This document shows, piece after piece, positions 35,781 through 49,475 of a stretch of 64,000 bases of DNA (the first letter of the stretch is position 1; each line of letters starts with the position of its first letter). The notes beneath the pieces were generated by a model that did not search any database, was not told the origin of the DNA, and was given only the letters and a program-made list of their open reading frames with translations. The DNA is from Squalus acanthias (lineage: Eukaryota): NCBI GenBank assembly GCA_030390025.1, contig JASTWF010000367.1, positions 372,001 to 436,000 on the forward strand, in the 5' to 3' direction. Both the position numbers and the translations under genes were made by a program.

Positions 35781-37919
35781 GCCCTTTGTTAATGTAAATC
35801 ACTTGCGTATTACGAGCCAAATGATATCAAGCTGGTATCAATGCACAGTCTATTAAATGTCAGGAAAGTGTAGCTAAAGTGGCTAATTGATAGCTTTCTG
35901 TTGGAGATGGTTGTGTCCTTGCTTCTACTGAACACTGAGAAGAATGTATTTGATAGCTTGGCCACTACCCAAAATATCAGGACATTCAGGGTGAGATTCT
36001 AATCAAACACATCCAGACCCCCGTTCCATTGATAAATCTTTAGAAGGGGCAGGAATGACTTGTATCGGATATCTTGTGCTTTATGATCTTCAGATATCGA
36101 TGTGTGTGCAGAAGTGAAGTGTGATCTGTGAAGCAACCAGCATGCAATATGCCTGAAGTATATGCCCAGAGGAACGGGTCCAAAACATGGTCAGTCACGC
36201 TGACAACATCACTGCATGAAATGGTTAATGTGGCTCAAGAGAGTGCGAACATGTGTAAAACCAAAGGGTAGTGATCTGCGTAAATGTCGAGATAGATGTA
36301 TGATAATCATGAGATGTTGTTTAGTGATGGTCTTAAATATTCTAACGTCAGCAGAGGGAGCACTATGAGGAAAGTATTAATCAGACAGTCCTGATGTCTG
36401 CTAATATTGCACTGTATTGGTTTCTCTTTTATTGTACTAACGTAAATCTTTAGCTTTTGCCTGCTAAGTAGGGAAGTATAAATCACTCTAAAGTACCACT
36501 GGGCTGATGTGTCAGGGCTGACTCTGCAGGATGATCTAATCTGGGATTTAATTAAAGACATGCCATTGAATACACAAATCTCAGAGAGCTTTAATCTTTT
36601 GAGAAAGTGTTGGATGGTTTATTTCTGCAAATGAAAACATCATCTGTTTTAATAGACATCAATGATACAGACAATAAAAAGCAAGATTTATCATTCAAGG
36701 TTTCACTTGGAAGAATTGCAATTGTATGGATCAAGAATTAAACTATCGATAAGATAACGAGCTACGGTTATAATACTCTTTAGCTCAATGGGGAAAAAAA
36801 CAGCTTGTTCAGTAAGGGAAACTATTGTGATTGATGAAGAATAAGTAAATTAATTCTAATTATATTGAGTTGAATTTTAACTATTATATAATTATGTAAC
36901 ACAGAATTGTGTGGATGTTCACCTAGAGTGAGTGAGAGCAATGTATAGAAATGAATTGTTTGTAATGATTATTCGACATTTTAAAAGTTTAAGAGAATAA
37001 GCTCTGAACTGTAACACATTGAATCCTTAAGCAACCATCATCAGGTGTGGCACTAATCTGTACCTTTTAACTGTATGCTTAAGATCTATTGCATGTGCTG
37101 CATGCTTAATACACGTATGACACCTCCATTCAATGTTTAAGAACCTTAATGAATACCTTACACCAAAAATAGCCTGAGTACTTTAAATGTGAATGGGCTT
37201 CATTTATTAACTGTTATTAAATCCCAACTTTACCCCTCACTCTTTAACGTTCCACTTGATCCTGAGCTTCTCCAAAAGCCAAGTTTCACATGTTTGCAGG
37301 TCCCAGTGAGTCACAGGCTCTGCCAGTCCGGCTGGCATCCAGCTCCTGGGGGCGGTGTTAGAGAGTTGCGGGCAGCTCTGTATAATAGGCACTTCCTCAG
37401 TTAACTGGATTCATACGTCCAACAATATTCAAGGCACGAGTGGCCAGCAGGCAGAGCTTTCAATTCCGTCAGTCAGTGATGCATCTTCAGCCAGTTACAA
37501 TCGTGAGAAGCCGAGGTGTAATCGACCATATCATCGAACATGTACAGGTAAAACAGAAAGCAAAGTTTACCATTACATTACCATGTCAAATTCAGCCCCC
37601 ATATATTTCCCGCCCCAGTTTCTAATTAAACAGTTGTTGTGTTCCCTTTCTTTTCTCTATTTCTGAAAAAAGTTAATGTGTAACCCTAGCATTCCCATTT
37701 CCTCTATTTGTTATCAAAAGGTTAATATCTTCCCATGTCCCCTAATTCTAAATAAATGTTTTATGCGTCACCCCACGTCCCTATATCTAATGAAACAGTT
37801 GCAGTATTGCCCTAAATTCCCCTCTTTGTTTCTAATTAAACAGTTACTGTATTCGCCTCAATTTTCCATGTTCCAGTATTTCCAGTAATGCCATCTCTGA
37901 GCTCATCTTGTTCATGAGA

Positions 37920-39760
37920 CCCAGCTCCGACTCTCTCGACCCTCTCCCCACTAAATTGCTGAACATCCACTTCCCTCCCTAGCCCCCATACTGGCTGATA
38001 TTTTCAACTGTTCCCTCTGCTCCGGTACCGTTCCACACCCTTCCAAATCTGTCGTCATCAACCCTCCTAACAAATCCGCACTGACGCCTCTATCTTTACA
38101 AACTACCGTCCCATCTCCAACCTCCTAGTACTCACCAAAGTCCTTGAACATGTTGTCCTCTCCCAAATCCGTGCCCATTTTTTCCCGCAATGCCATGTTT
38201 TAACCTCTCCAATCTGGTTCCTGGCTCTGCCACAGAGAAATGGCCCTTATCAAAGTCACACATGATATCCTATGTGTGACCGTGGCGCACTATCCCTCCT
38301 CATTCTTCCCCTTTTGACACGGTGACCACACCTTCCTCCTCCAATCCATTCCTCCATTATTGAACTGTGTGGGACCGCGCTCGCCTGTTTCTATTGTTAA
38401 CCCCGCAGTCAGGACCAGAGAATATGCTGCAATGCCTTCTCTTCCCGATCCCGCACCGTTACCTCTGGACTCCCAAGTTGCTATCCTCGGCCCCTCCTAT
38501 TTTTCATGCTCTCGGCGACATCATCCAAAAAAAACTACGTCAGATTCCACAAGCAAGCTGATGCTAAACAATTGTACCTCAGCACGACCTCTCTCAACCA
38601 GTCCATTGCCTCTGTGTTGTCAAACCGCTTGTCTGATACACAGTTTTGGATGAGCGAAAATGTCCTTCAATTAAACATTGGGCAGACTGACGATATTGTC
38701 TTTGGTACCTGCACAAACTGCATCCTCCTCCCTGGCCAGTGTCTTAGGTTGAACCGGACTGTTGTCCACCTCACTGTCCTGTTTGAACCTGAGCTGAGCT
38801 TCTGACCCCAGATCCGGCCCATTACAAAGCCTGTGTCACATCGATCAGCTCCGCTCCATCTGGCTCAAAATCCTCATCCATATCTTTGTAACCTCCTGCC
38901 TCGTCTTAGCCAATGCTCTCCTGAACTGCCTCACAACTTCCGCTCTCCCAACTGCCTCACATCTTCCCCTCTCCCGAACTGCCTCACAAATTCCACTCAC
39001 CGTAAATATGAGCTGCAGGTGCAACAGGCGGTCAAGAAGGCAAACGGTATGCTGGCCTTCATAGCAAAAGGGTTGGAATACAGGAACAGGGATACCTTGC
39101 TGCAGCTGTACAGGGCACTGGTGAGACCACACCTCGAGTACTGTGTACAGTTTTGGTCGCCTCATCTGAGGAAAGATGTTCTTGCCATGGAGGGGGTGCA
39201 GCGGCGATTCACCAGGCTGATACCAGGAATGGCGGGATTGACCTATGAGGAGAGACTATGTAGTTTAGGGATGTACACACTGGAGTTTAGAAGATTGAGA
39301 GGGGACCTCATAGAAGTGTATAAAATTCTGACAGGTCTAGACAGATTAGATGCAGAAGGAATGTTTCCCTTGGCGGGTGAGAACAGAACTAGAGGACATA
39401 ATTTAAGGATAAGGGCTAAACCATTTAGGACAGAAATGAGGGGGAATTTCTTCACTCAGAGAGTGGTGAACCTGTGGAACTCATTGCCACAGAGGGCAGT
39501 GTACGCCAGCTCATTAAATATATTTAAGAGGGAATTAGATATATTTCTACAGGCAAAAGGGGTTAAGGGTTACGGAGAGAAGGCGGGGACGGGATACTGA
39601 ATTGAAGGATCAGCCATCCAAAACTCTGCTGCCTGTATCCTGACTCGCACTAACTCCGAATCATACATCATCCTGTGCTCGCTGATCTACACCGGCTCCC
39701 GGTCCAGAAAGGTCTCTATTTGAAAATACTCTTCCTGGTGTTCAAAACCTTCCATCATTG
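37920..39760 (+). mobile_element. L2 LINE ORF2 remnant interrupted by a CR1 fragment
   Basis: aactaccgtcccatctccaacctc (NYRPISNL), WMSENVLQLNIGQT; resumes at catccaaaactctgctgcc after 39616. Confidence 0.8.
39014..39618 (+). mobile_element. Young CR1 ORF2 C-terminal fragment
   Basis: Uninterrupted LYRALVRPHLEYCVQFWSP...FTQRVVNLWNSLP. Confidence 0.92.
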
Positions 39761-40074
39761 CCTCTGACCTGCTTCTGTAGCCACAGTATTGATGTGGTTG
39801 ATTCAATTAAGTTTCTGGTCAATGATAAACGCCACAATGTTGAGACCGGGAGATTCAGCGATGGTAATCCCATTGAAAGTTAAGGGGCGGTGGCTAGACT
39901 CTCTCCTGTTGGAGATAGTCATTGCCTGCCACTTCTATTGCGCGAATGTTACCTGCTACTTATCAGCCCAAGCCTGACTAAAAGGGGAGAGGCAGAAAGT
40001 TTAAAGGGGAGGGACAGAAAATCAGCCAAAAATGGTCCTATAATGAGATCAGTAACGTTTATGAATCGAATTCT

Positions 40075-41877
40075 TCACACTCCCACACTCAGTCCGCGTT
40101 TTGTATCCTGCAGCGACTTCAACTGATTCTTTCGGTTGAACTGAATTGATTCCCCCTCAACCTGAAAGAGATTTAATGTTAAAGAGGAAATAAACAGATT
40201 GAGCAACAGTGTAAATAACGGGGACACTGGGGTTAATATTTAAATAATAATTACAGACAAATATTACCCATAAATGTTACTAAATCCAATTTATATTTTA
40301 TTTATTACATTAAACATTAACACAAGCACTCACTGAATCCACTCCAGACTCCTACAAGTCAGTATGAGGCGACGGAGAGCGGGGACAGATCGGTCTGTGA
40401 AGGAGTTTAATACCAGGTTCAGATCCGTCAGTGACCGGTTTGTACTGAGAGCAGAGACGAGATCCTCGCCACAAGAATCTGTGAGACCGACAGCCCGTAG
40501 ACTGGGATCAGAGAGAAAAATGACAGAAATTGAGTTAAATCCCCTGTGTTTATTAGTAACACTATTACTGATACTATTGATAATGTGCAGTGTTAGAAAT
40601 CCAGTTATTATAAACACAATCTCATACAGTCTGGTACTTACCACAATTTCTGTATTTTACAGTCCGGGTTCCTCAGAGCCGCAGACAGTAGTTTCACTCC
40701 TGAATCTCCCAGGTTATTGTAACCCAGGTCCAGAAGCGTCAGTGACTGGTTTGTACTGAGAGCGGAGGCGAGATCCTCGGCACAAGAAGCTGTAAGACCG
40801 ACACCAGCCAACCTGGGGATCAGAGAGAGAAATAACAGGTATCAGAATACATCCCCAATATTTATTAATAACACTATTACTGATTCTAATAATAATGTTG
40901 AATGTTAGACATGCAGTTAATATAAACACAATCTCACACAGTCTGGTACTTACTGCAGTTTCTGTATTTTACTATCCGGGTTCCTCAGAGCGGCAGACAA
41001 TAGTTTCACTCCTGAATCTCTTAGTTTATTTTTACTCAGGTTCAGATCCGTCAGTGAGCGGTTTGTAGTGAGAGTGGAGGCGAAATCCCTGGCACAAGAA
41101 GCTGTGAGAGCGGTATTATCCAGCCTGGGTATCAGAGAGAGAGAAATAACAGGAATCAGGATAATTTCCCAGAGATTACTGTTAACATTTTTACTGATAC
41201 TAATAATAATGTTCAGTGTCAGACATCCAGTTATTATAAACACAATCTCGCACAGTCTGGTACTTACTCCAGTTCCTGTATTTTACAGTCCGGATTCCTC
41301 AGAGCTGCAGACAGTAGTTTCACTCCTGAATCTCCCAGTTTATTATAACCCAGGTCCAGAAGCGTCAGTGAGCGGTTTGTACTGAGAGCGGAAGCGAGAT
41401 CCCCGGCACAATAATCTGTGAGACTGACATCATCCAGCCTGGGATCAGAGAGAGAAATAATAGGAATCCGGGTAAATCCCCAGAGTTTATTAACAACACT
41501 GTTACTGATACTATTAATAATGCAGAGTGATTATTAACACTATTACTGATATTAATAAACACTGTACGTTATAATTAGTAAAACTATTACTGATACTAAT
41601 AATAATGTACAGTGTTTATTAATAACAAAATTACTGGTACTAATAATAATGTACAATGTTTATTGAAAGCAATGATACTGATACTAAAAAGGCTGTACAA
41701 TATTTATTAACACTATTACTGACATTAATAATAATATACAGTGTCAGACATCCAGTTATTACAAACACAATCTCAGAGTCTGGTACTTACTCTAGTTCCT
41801 GTATTTTACAGTCCGGGTTCCTCAGAGCCGCAGATATTACTTTCACTGCTGAATCTCCCAGTGTATTGTTCCCCAGT
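40075..41877 (-). CDS. Six RI-type LRR exons of the NLR gene (87, 171, 171, 171, 168 bp and terminal exon)
   Basis: Repeats such as [39 protein letters not shown]; canonical splice sites; frames open. Confidence 0.9.
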
Positions 41878-43577
41878 CTAAACACAACCAGCGAGTGACA
41901 AACAACCTGAATCAAACCCTGGATCTGATACAATTTTTCTCTCGCATATTGCAGGTAACACAAGAAAAACATTTCTGGAATTTAATAACCCGGTTTTCCT
42001 GTAACTGGGAATGAATCTCACTCTATCCAACTCCCCATCTATTCAGGGACTGTCAGTAATTGTATTTATTAAATAAAGTGCTGTCTGTGTGAAGCCTTTA
42101 AATGTCCCTCAGTCCGGTCTTATTCCCTGATGATCAGAATTACCCTCCTGGAGCTCAGTGACCGGCCCCGTCATGTTTGGAGAAACGTCCCTCATTTCTG
42201 CTGCTCCTTAAATCCCGGAGTTTATGGGAAAGGGGCGATTTTCCCGAAATTAAATGATAAAGCGGTCATTTCTTGTACTTTATACTCTGTGCGTTATATT
42301 AATCTGTATAATATCTCGGGGTGAGTTATATTGTGAAACGGCGCTAACTGCTGCTGTAAAATCCATCCCCAGGATTTTATGTAACAAGGAGAGTTTATTC
42401 TTTCCCGTTGCAAGTTTTAAATGTCCCTGTATTCCGAGTTTATAGGGGAGGGGAGTCACACTTTATTCCCCATTAAACTGGCGCTACATTTATTTCAGGT
42501 GTAACTGGCCTGACAGTTTTGGGGGGAATTTTCGAAAGTTCCCTCCCCGAGCGGGGCCTTACACACAGGGGACGGATTATAGGGAATTCCCGGGTTCACT
42601 GCCCCCGATTTACCCAGGTCCGCCCGCTGTGTGCGAGGCCCCACCGCTGGCCGGCGTGTGTCTGTACTCCGGGGCTAATACCCCACAACACGTTAGATTG
42701 GAACCTTTTTCCCGGCAGCTGTTGGGCTACAAATTCATCCTGGGCGCTGGTGTAAAACGCGCGGTATCGGATCGGACGCCCTTTATGGGCAGCGCCTGAT
42801 ATTCAGTTCGGTTGCAGTCAATGGAAATGAATATCAGCGCTGCGTGTAACGGGCGGCCAATCCGATAACACGCGTTTGGCGCCATCGCCCGACAGGAAAA
42901 TCTAGCTCCCAAATATTACTGAACTGTCAGGCTCAATTACCAGCATGGGGCCTGAATCCACCATCTTCTGACTCAGTGGCACGAGAGCTGCCAGCTGTGC
43001 AAAGAGATGGTGGATGTGGTGGAGGGTCTGCAGGTCTGTGTCATTGAAGAGATAACGCACCGACGTCCTGCTGGGCAAGCTCCGCACGCCTACTGGCGGT
43101 TCACTGCCCGAAGGCTGTGTTTCGCTCTTTGTTACTGAATCTTTGGCGTTTCTGCTTCTCTCTCCTACACACGTTGACAGTCCGGTGACTGTTGCTTGCT
43201 CCTACACCTCGGGAAGAGGGTGGGATGCGCCAATACATAAGTAACAGTGAGAAGGAGCCTTTTCAATGGGTATATCTTACGCAGTGAGAAAATAGCAATA
43301 CATATGATTTACTGCAATTAAATTGTCAGACTCTCAGTGACCAGCATTTGCTGATCGGCTAAAGTCTGTAACATCCCAAAATGTCCATTAGGATCCGTTC
43401 CAGATTCTCCAGTCTGTAAGGAATTACTAACCGATCCTCTTATTATAGGTCGTATTTGTGTTGTATCTGATTCTCTCTGGTTTAACTGAACTGTTTGTTT
43501 CCCTTCATTACGGAGCAGCAACACAACCCGTGACTGTTCCGCAATTCAACAGCAGTTAGAGACAAATAAACAATTAC

Positions 43578-45339
43578 CTCAACGCCCGGCATTTGTGCAG
43601 TACGGATCCCAGCCGCTGGAGTCCCTCACACTGAATGGAGCAGTCCTGTAGATTGAGGTGTTTTATTGTATCACAGAGTCCAATGACATGAGACAAGACC
43701 GCACAGTCAATTGGGGTCAGTCGCAATCCGACAAATGTAAGTGTTTCCACAGATCCCACTGTGGCCCGAGCCAGTGCTTTATTCTGAGACTCAAAAAGGT
43801 AGTGGAATGTGTTCAGGAGGTTCCTTTTACCAGTTTCACTCTCTGTGTTTCCAATCTGTCCTTCAACCTTCTCCTTCACCCAGTCAATCACTCGGCAGGT
43901 GGTTTGATGAAGAAATGGACCCAGAAACTCCTCCAGGGGCCGAGCTGCCTGTGGGGAGGAGAGACCAGCAGTAAAACGGAGAAATATCTCAAATCGCCCA
44001 TCTTCCTTGCTGTCGGCTTCTCTGAGGAGTTTCAGGATGTCCCCGGGATCTGGAGTCAGGAATTGTGCGAGTGCGGCTACAAACTCTTGATGGTGAGGTG
44101 CGGGAATGTGTAGACCACGCTCTGGGCAGATTCATCTCTCTCCAAAAGTTCCATCATGAACCCAGACAGGAACTGGGAAGGTTGCAGATTGTACTTGATC
44201 AAATCTCCATTTCTAAACACAATCTTCTTCTCGGAGACTCCTGTGAAGGCCATCTCACCTATCTTCAGTAACACATCACGGGGGCTTTCAATCTCTCGGC
44301 CATGGTTTTTCAGAATGTTGTAGATATAGTAGGAATATAGTTGGGTGATGGTCTTGGGAACTCGCTGCTGATTCCTGTCTCTTTGTGTAAAGAAGGGACC
44401 CAGTGAGAGCCCGAGGATCCAGCAGTAGGAAGGGTTGTAGCACATGGTGTACAGGATCTCGTTCTCCTCCACGTGTTTGAAAACAGCTGCTGCCACCGTT
44501 TGATCTTCAAAAAACTTGTTGAAATATTCCTTCCGTTCTTCACCAACAAATCCCAGGATTTCAGCCCAGACACTGATCTCAGCCTTTTCCAAAAAATGTA
44601 ATGCAGTGGGGCGACTGGTCACTAGCACTGAACATCCTGGGAGCAGCTTGTGCTGTATTAAACTGTACACAATGTCAGACACTTCACACCAGCATACGGG
44701 ATCTGTGCACATGTGCTGAGGTTCTGTATTTCTCCGATTGCCAGCAAAATCGATCCTGTCCTTGAATTCATCCAAACCATCGAATACCTCTGGGTTCTTC
44801 CAGAGCTCTCCCAGGATATTCCCAAAGTAAGGATACTGATCCAGTTTCAGATTTTCTCAGGTTTATTCTACAGTTAATAGCGTTCAAATCCCGGAATTTA
44901 AAGCTGAAAACAAATTGAAAATATGGGTATATTTTCCCAGTGGCCCAGTCATGAACAATCTTTTGTACCATTGTTGTTTTTCCAATACCCGGGACTCCGC
45001 TCACTGCTGCTGAACTCCCAGATTTGGATCGCCGGAAGAAACTCCTCATTTTCAGCAGCAAACTGCCTCTCTGGGAAAAACTGCTCCTGAACAATTGATC
45101 AGTTCGGATTTTTTCCAGCTCTCTCCGGAGATGTTTCTCTCTCCACTCTTCATGGTCTCGGCCTCTTGCCAGCAGTTCATGTTCTACAAGTGTCCGATCT
45201 CGAACAGTTGAAATGACCGTTAGCTCAGCATATCGATTAACCAGCTCGAAAATCTTAACCTTCTCCTTTATTAGGATAGTGTTCACTTTCAGTGTTTCAG
45301 TTTGTAGCCGAAGTGTTTCCTTGTGTTTCTGTTGAAGAT
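43578..45339 (-). pseudogene. NACHT, winged-helix and HD2 exon
   Basis: Walker A GVPGIGKTT, Walker B remnant VFDGLDE, LVTSRP, YTFPHLTI; +1 frameshift ~44853 and -1 frameshift ~44088. Confidence 0.92.
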
Positions 45340-45769
45340 CTTGAATTAGAACAGACATAAAGTGGTTTCAATGTTAATTATATTGTCAAAGAAAGCTCGG
45401 ACATATTGCTCTGATTTTCATTAAAGTTTAACAGGATCTATTTCACTAGCGTAATCGAGGCCTTTTAGAAACACAAAAGAAACAGTTTATGAGAACTTTG
45501 CTTGAAAGGGAAAATTTCTGAGAACAGTTTCAAATCTATGGGGGATTCTAATATTTGCTTAACAGGGCGAGCTGGGTGAAGATGAAATGTTCCATCTGAT
45601 GGTGAATACTATCTGTCGCACAATGTACTGCAGACATCTCAGTACAAATCCACAGGTGATTCTGGTTATAATGGATAAATGATTAAACCAACACCCGCTA
45701 TCCCCCGACCCTCACAACGCACCCAGCAGTGCTAAGCTTTTCTACAAATAGCAAATCGGGAATTGGCCA

Positions 45770-46622
45770 ACACTGAGAGGGGGACAGGCTCACAATGTAC
45801 TGATTGGGCAGCACTGAGAGATGGACAAGCTCACAGTGTACTGATTGGGCAGCACTGAGAGAGGGAAAGGCCCACCATGTACTGATTGGACAGCACTGAG
45901 AGGGGGACAGGCTCACAATGTAATGATTGTGCAGCACTAAGAGAGGGACAGGCTCACAATATACTGATTGGGCAGCACTGAGAGGAGGACAGGCTGACAA
46001 TGTAGTGACTGGGCAGCACTGAGAGGGGACGGGCTCACAATGTACTGATTGGGCAGCACTGAGAGAGGGACAGGCGCACAATGTACTGATTGGGCAGCAC
46101 TGAGAGAGGGACAGGCTTACAATGTACTGATTGGGCAGCACTGAGAGAGGGACAGGCTTACAATGTACTGATTGGACAGCACTGAGAGAGGGACAGGCTC
46201 ACAATGTACTGATTGTGCAGCACTGAGAGAGGGACAGTCCCCCAATGTACTGATTGGGCAGCACTGAGAGAGGGACAGGCTCTCAATGTACTGATTGGGC
46301 AGCACTGAGAGAGGGACAGTCTCACAATGTACTGATTGACCAGCACTGAGAGAGGGACAGTTTCACAATGTACTGATTGGGCAGCATTGAGAGAGGGACA
46401 GGTTCACAATGTACTGATTGGGCAGCACTGAGAGAGGGACAGGCTTACAATGTACTGATTGGACAGCACTGAGAGAGGGACAGGCTCAAAATGTACTGAT
46501 TGGACTGCACTGAGAGAGGGACAGGCGCACAATGTACTGATTGGACTGCACTGAGAGAGGGACAGTTTCACAATGTACTGATTGGGCAGCACTGAGAGAG
46601 GGACAGGCTCTCTATGTACTGA
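45770..46622. repeat. 41-bp minisatellite (ctgagagagggacaggctcacaatgtactgattgggcagca), ~21 copies, intronic
   Basis: Direct tandem periodicity. Confidence 0.95.
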
Positions 46623-46739
46623 TGTTCCCCAAATATTTGATCTGGTCCTGGGTGGGCTCTCGGGAATTCTATACAGTTCCAGTGAACATGTCACCGTGAA
46701 CTGTTAATGTCATAGTGATGATAAAATAGGGATTATTAA

Positions 46740-47820
46740 CAACAACTTCAATTGATATAGCCCCTCTAACTTATTAAACCGTCCCAAGATGCTTAACAGG
46801 AGCGTAATCAGAAACAATTGAAACACCGAGCAAAACAAAGAGATATTAGACTGGGTGACCAAAAGCGTGGTGAAAGAGGTAGAATTTTAGGGCTGAAAAG
46901 TCGGTAAGTAGAGGCGGATAGGTTTGGGGAGGGAGTTCCAGACCTAGGCAGCTGTGGATACTGCCGCCAATGGTGGAGGGGTGAAAATTGGGGATGTGCA
47001 AGAGGACAACACGGAGATGTGCCGAGATTTCTGAGGCTGGAGGAGGTTACAGAGATAGGGATGGTTGATGTCAAGTAGGAATTTGAACACAAGGATAATA
47101 TTTTTAAAATCAAGGTTTTGCCGGATGGAATCCAAAGCACATAAGGGAATATATGGGTGATGGGTGAACGCAACTTGGTGCGAGTTCTGTAGGAGCGTCA
47201 GAGATTAGGATAAGCTCAAGTTTACAGAGCATGAAAGGTTGCTGGTTGGAAAGCCTTAGAGTATTGGAATAATTGAGGCTGGAGATAACAAAGGCATTGA
47301 TGAGGATTTAGTATTAGATGGCTGTGGCAAGGACGCAGTCAGGCGATGTTACAGAAGCGGAAGTAGGTATCTGGTTGATGGAGAGGATATGGGAGTGGAA
47401 GGTCAGCCCAGGATCTGATCCTATGTATTGCTTGCAAATAGTCTGTTTCAGATTCACACAGTTGCCATGGAGATGGATGGGGCCCTTGGCTAAGGAACGG
47501 AGCTTGTGACTGCTACTGATGATAATGGTCTTCCCAATATTTAATTTGAAGAAATTTTTGTTCATCCAATAATGGATGTCGGACAAGCTGCGTGACGAAT
47601 CATAGACTGTGGAGGGCCCGAGAGAGATGGTGGTGAGGTAGAGCTGGTTCTCGTCAGTGTAGCCTGACTTTGTGTTTTCGGATGATGTCTCCAAGGGGCA
47701 GCATGTACATGCAAAATAGGAGGGGTCCAAGGATAGAGCCTTGGTAGACACCAGATTTAACAGTGCGGCAGCAGGAAGCGAAGTCAATGCAGGAGATTCT
47801 CTTGCTACGATTGGATAATT
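46740..47820 (-). mobile_element. L2 LINE 3' portion
   Basis: DENQLYL...WMNKNFFKLNIGKT on the minus strand; tail similar to 4530-4750. Confidence 0.8.
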
Positions 47821-47879
47821 AGGAAAGGAATGGAATTAAGACGTATAATTAAGGTCCTCAGGAATTTAAGATAAAAACC

Positions 47880-48690
47880 TAAGAACATAAGAAATAGGAG
47901 CAGGAGTAGGCCATTCGGCCCTTCGAGCCTACTCCGTCATTCAATAAAATAATGGCTGATCATTTACATCAACTCCAACACCCCCCCCCCCCGCACTATC
48001 CACATATCCCTTGATTCCCTTAATAACCAAAAATCCATCGTTCTATGTCTTGAATATACTCAGCGACTGAGGAACCCTCTGTGGTAGAGCATTTCACAGA
48101 TTCACAACCCTTAGAGTGAATTCATTTCTCCTTATCTCAGGCCTAAGTGGTCGATCCCAAATTCTGAGACTGTCATCCTAGTTCTAGACTTGTCAGCCAG
48201 GGGAAACATACCCGCAGCATTTACCTTGTCAAGTCTTTTAAGAATTTTATATATTTCAATATGATCACCCCTTATTTTTCTAAATTCTAGTAATTAAAGT
48301 TCTGGTCTCCTTAATCTCTCATCATAGGACAATCACCCCATCCCAGGAATCAGTCTTGTGAACCTTCGTTGCACTCCCTCTATGACAAGCACATCCTTCC
48401 TTAGGTAAGGTGACCAAAACTGTACACAAAACTCCAGGTGCGGTCTCACCAAGGCCCTAAATAATTGCAGTAAGACTTCATTACTCTTATACTGAAAACC
48501 GTTTGTAATAAAGACTACCATACCATTTGCTTCATTAAATTGATTGATGTACCTGCATGTTAACTTAGTGATTCGTGTACAAGGGCACCCAGGTCCCTCT
48601 GAATTGAAAAACATTTCCCAAAATATCACACCATTTAAAATATACTCTGCTTTTCTGTTCTCCTACCAAAGTTTATAACTTCACATAGGT
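47880..48690 (-). mobile_element. CR1 LINE 3' portion
   Basis: LFRALVRPHLEFCVQFWSPY; CR1 tail gaatggcctactcctgctcctatttcttatg. Confidence 0.88.
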
Positions 48691-49475
48691 TGATAAGTGG
48701 CAGGCAACATTCGCGCCACAGAAGTGCCAGGCAATGGCTATCTCCAATAAGCGAGAATCTAACCACCGCCACTTGACATTCAACAGCATTACCATCGCCG
48801 AATCTCCCACCCTCAACATCCTGGGAGTCACCATTGACCAGCAACTTAACTGGACCAGCCACATAAATACTGTGGCAACAAGAGCAGGTCAGAGGCTGGG
48901 GATTCTGCGATATGTGTCTCACCTCCTAATTCCCCAAAGCCTTTCCACCATCTACAAAGTACAAGTAAGAAGTGTGATCGAATACGCTCCACTTGCCTGG
49001 ATGAGTGCAGCTCCAACAACACTCAAGAAGCTGTACACCATCCAGGACAAAGCAGCCCGCTTAATTGGCACCCCATCCACCACCTTAGCATTCACTCCCT
49101 CCACCATCGGCGTACCGTGGCTGCAGTGTGTACCAACTACAAGATGCACTGCAGCAACTCGCCAAGGTTTCTTTGACACCACCTCCAAAATCCGCGACAT
49201 CTACCACCTAGAAGGACAAGGGCAGCAGGCGCATGGGAACATCGTCACCTCCAATTTCCTCTCCAAGTTACACACCATCCTGACTTGGAAATAGATCGTC
49301 GTTTCTTCATCATCGCTGGCTCAAATTTCTGTAACTCCCTCCCAAACAGCACTGTGGGAGCACCTTCACCACACAGACTGCAGCGGCTCAAGAAGGCGGC
49401 TCACCACCACCTTCTCAAGGGCAATTAGGGATGGACAATAAATGCTGGGCTCGGCGGACATGACTACATCCCATA
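48690..49475 (+). mobile_element. LINE RT C-terminus and 3' tail
   Basis: ILGVTIDQQLNWTSHI...IYKVQVRSVIEYAPLAW. Confidence 0.85.

Noticed and set aside
45698..46694. Cys-rich minus-strand ORFs (SQCCPISTL repeats)
   Set aside because: Products of a 41-bp repeat cycling through frames; intronic.
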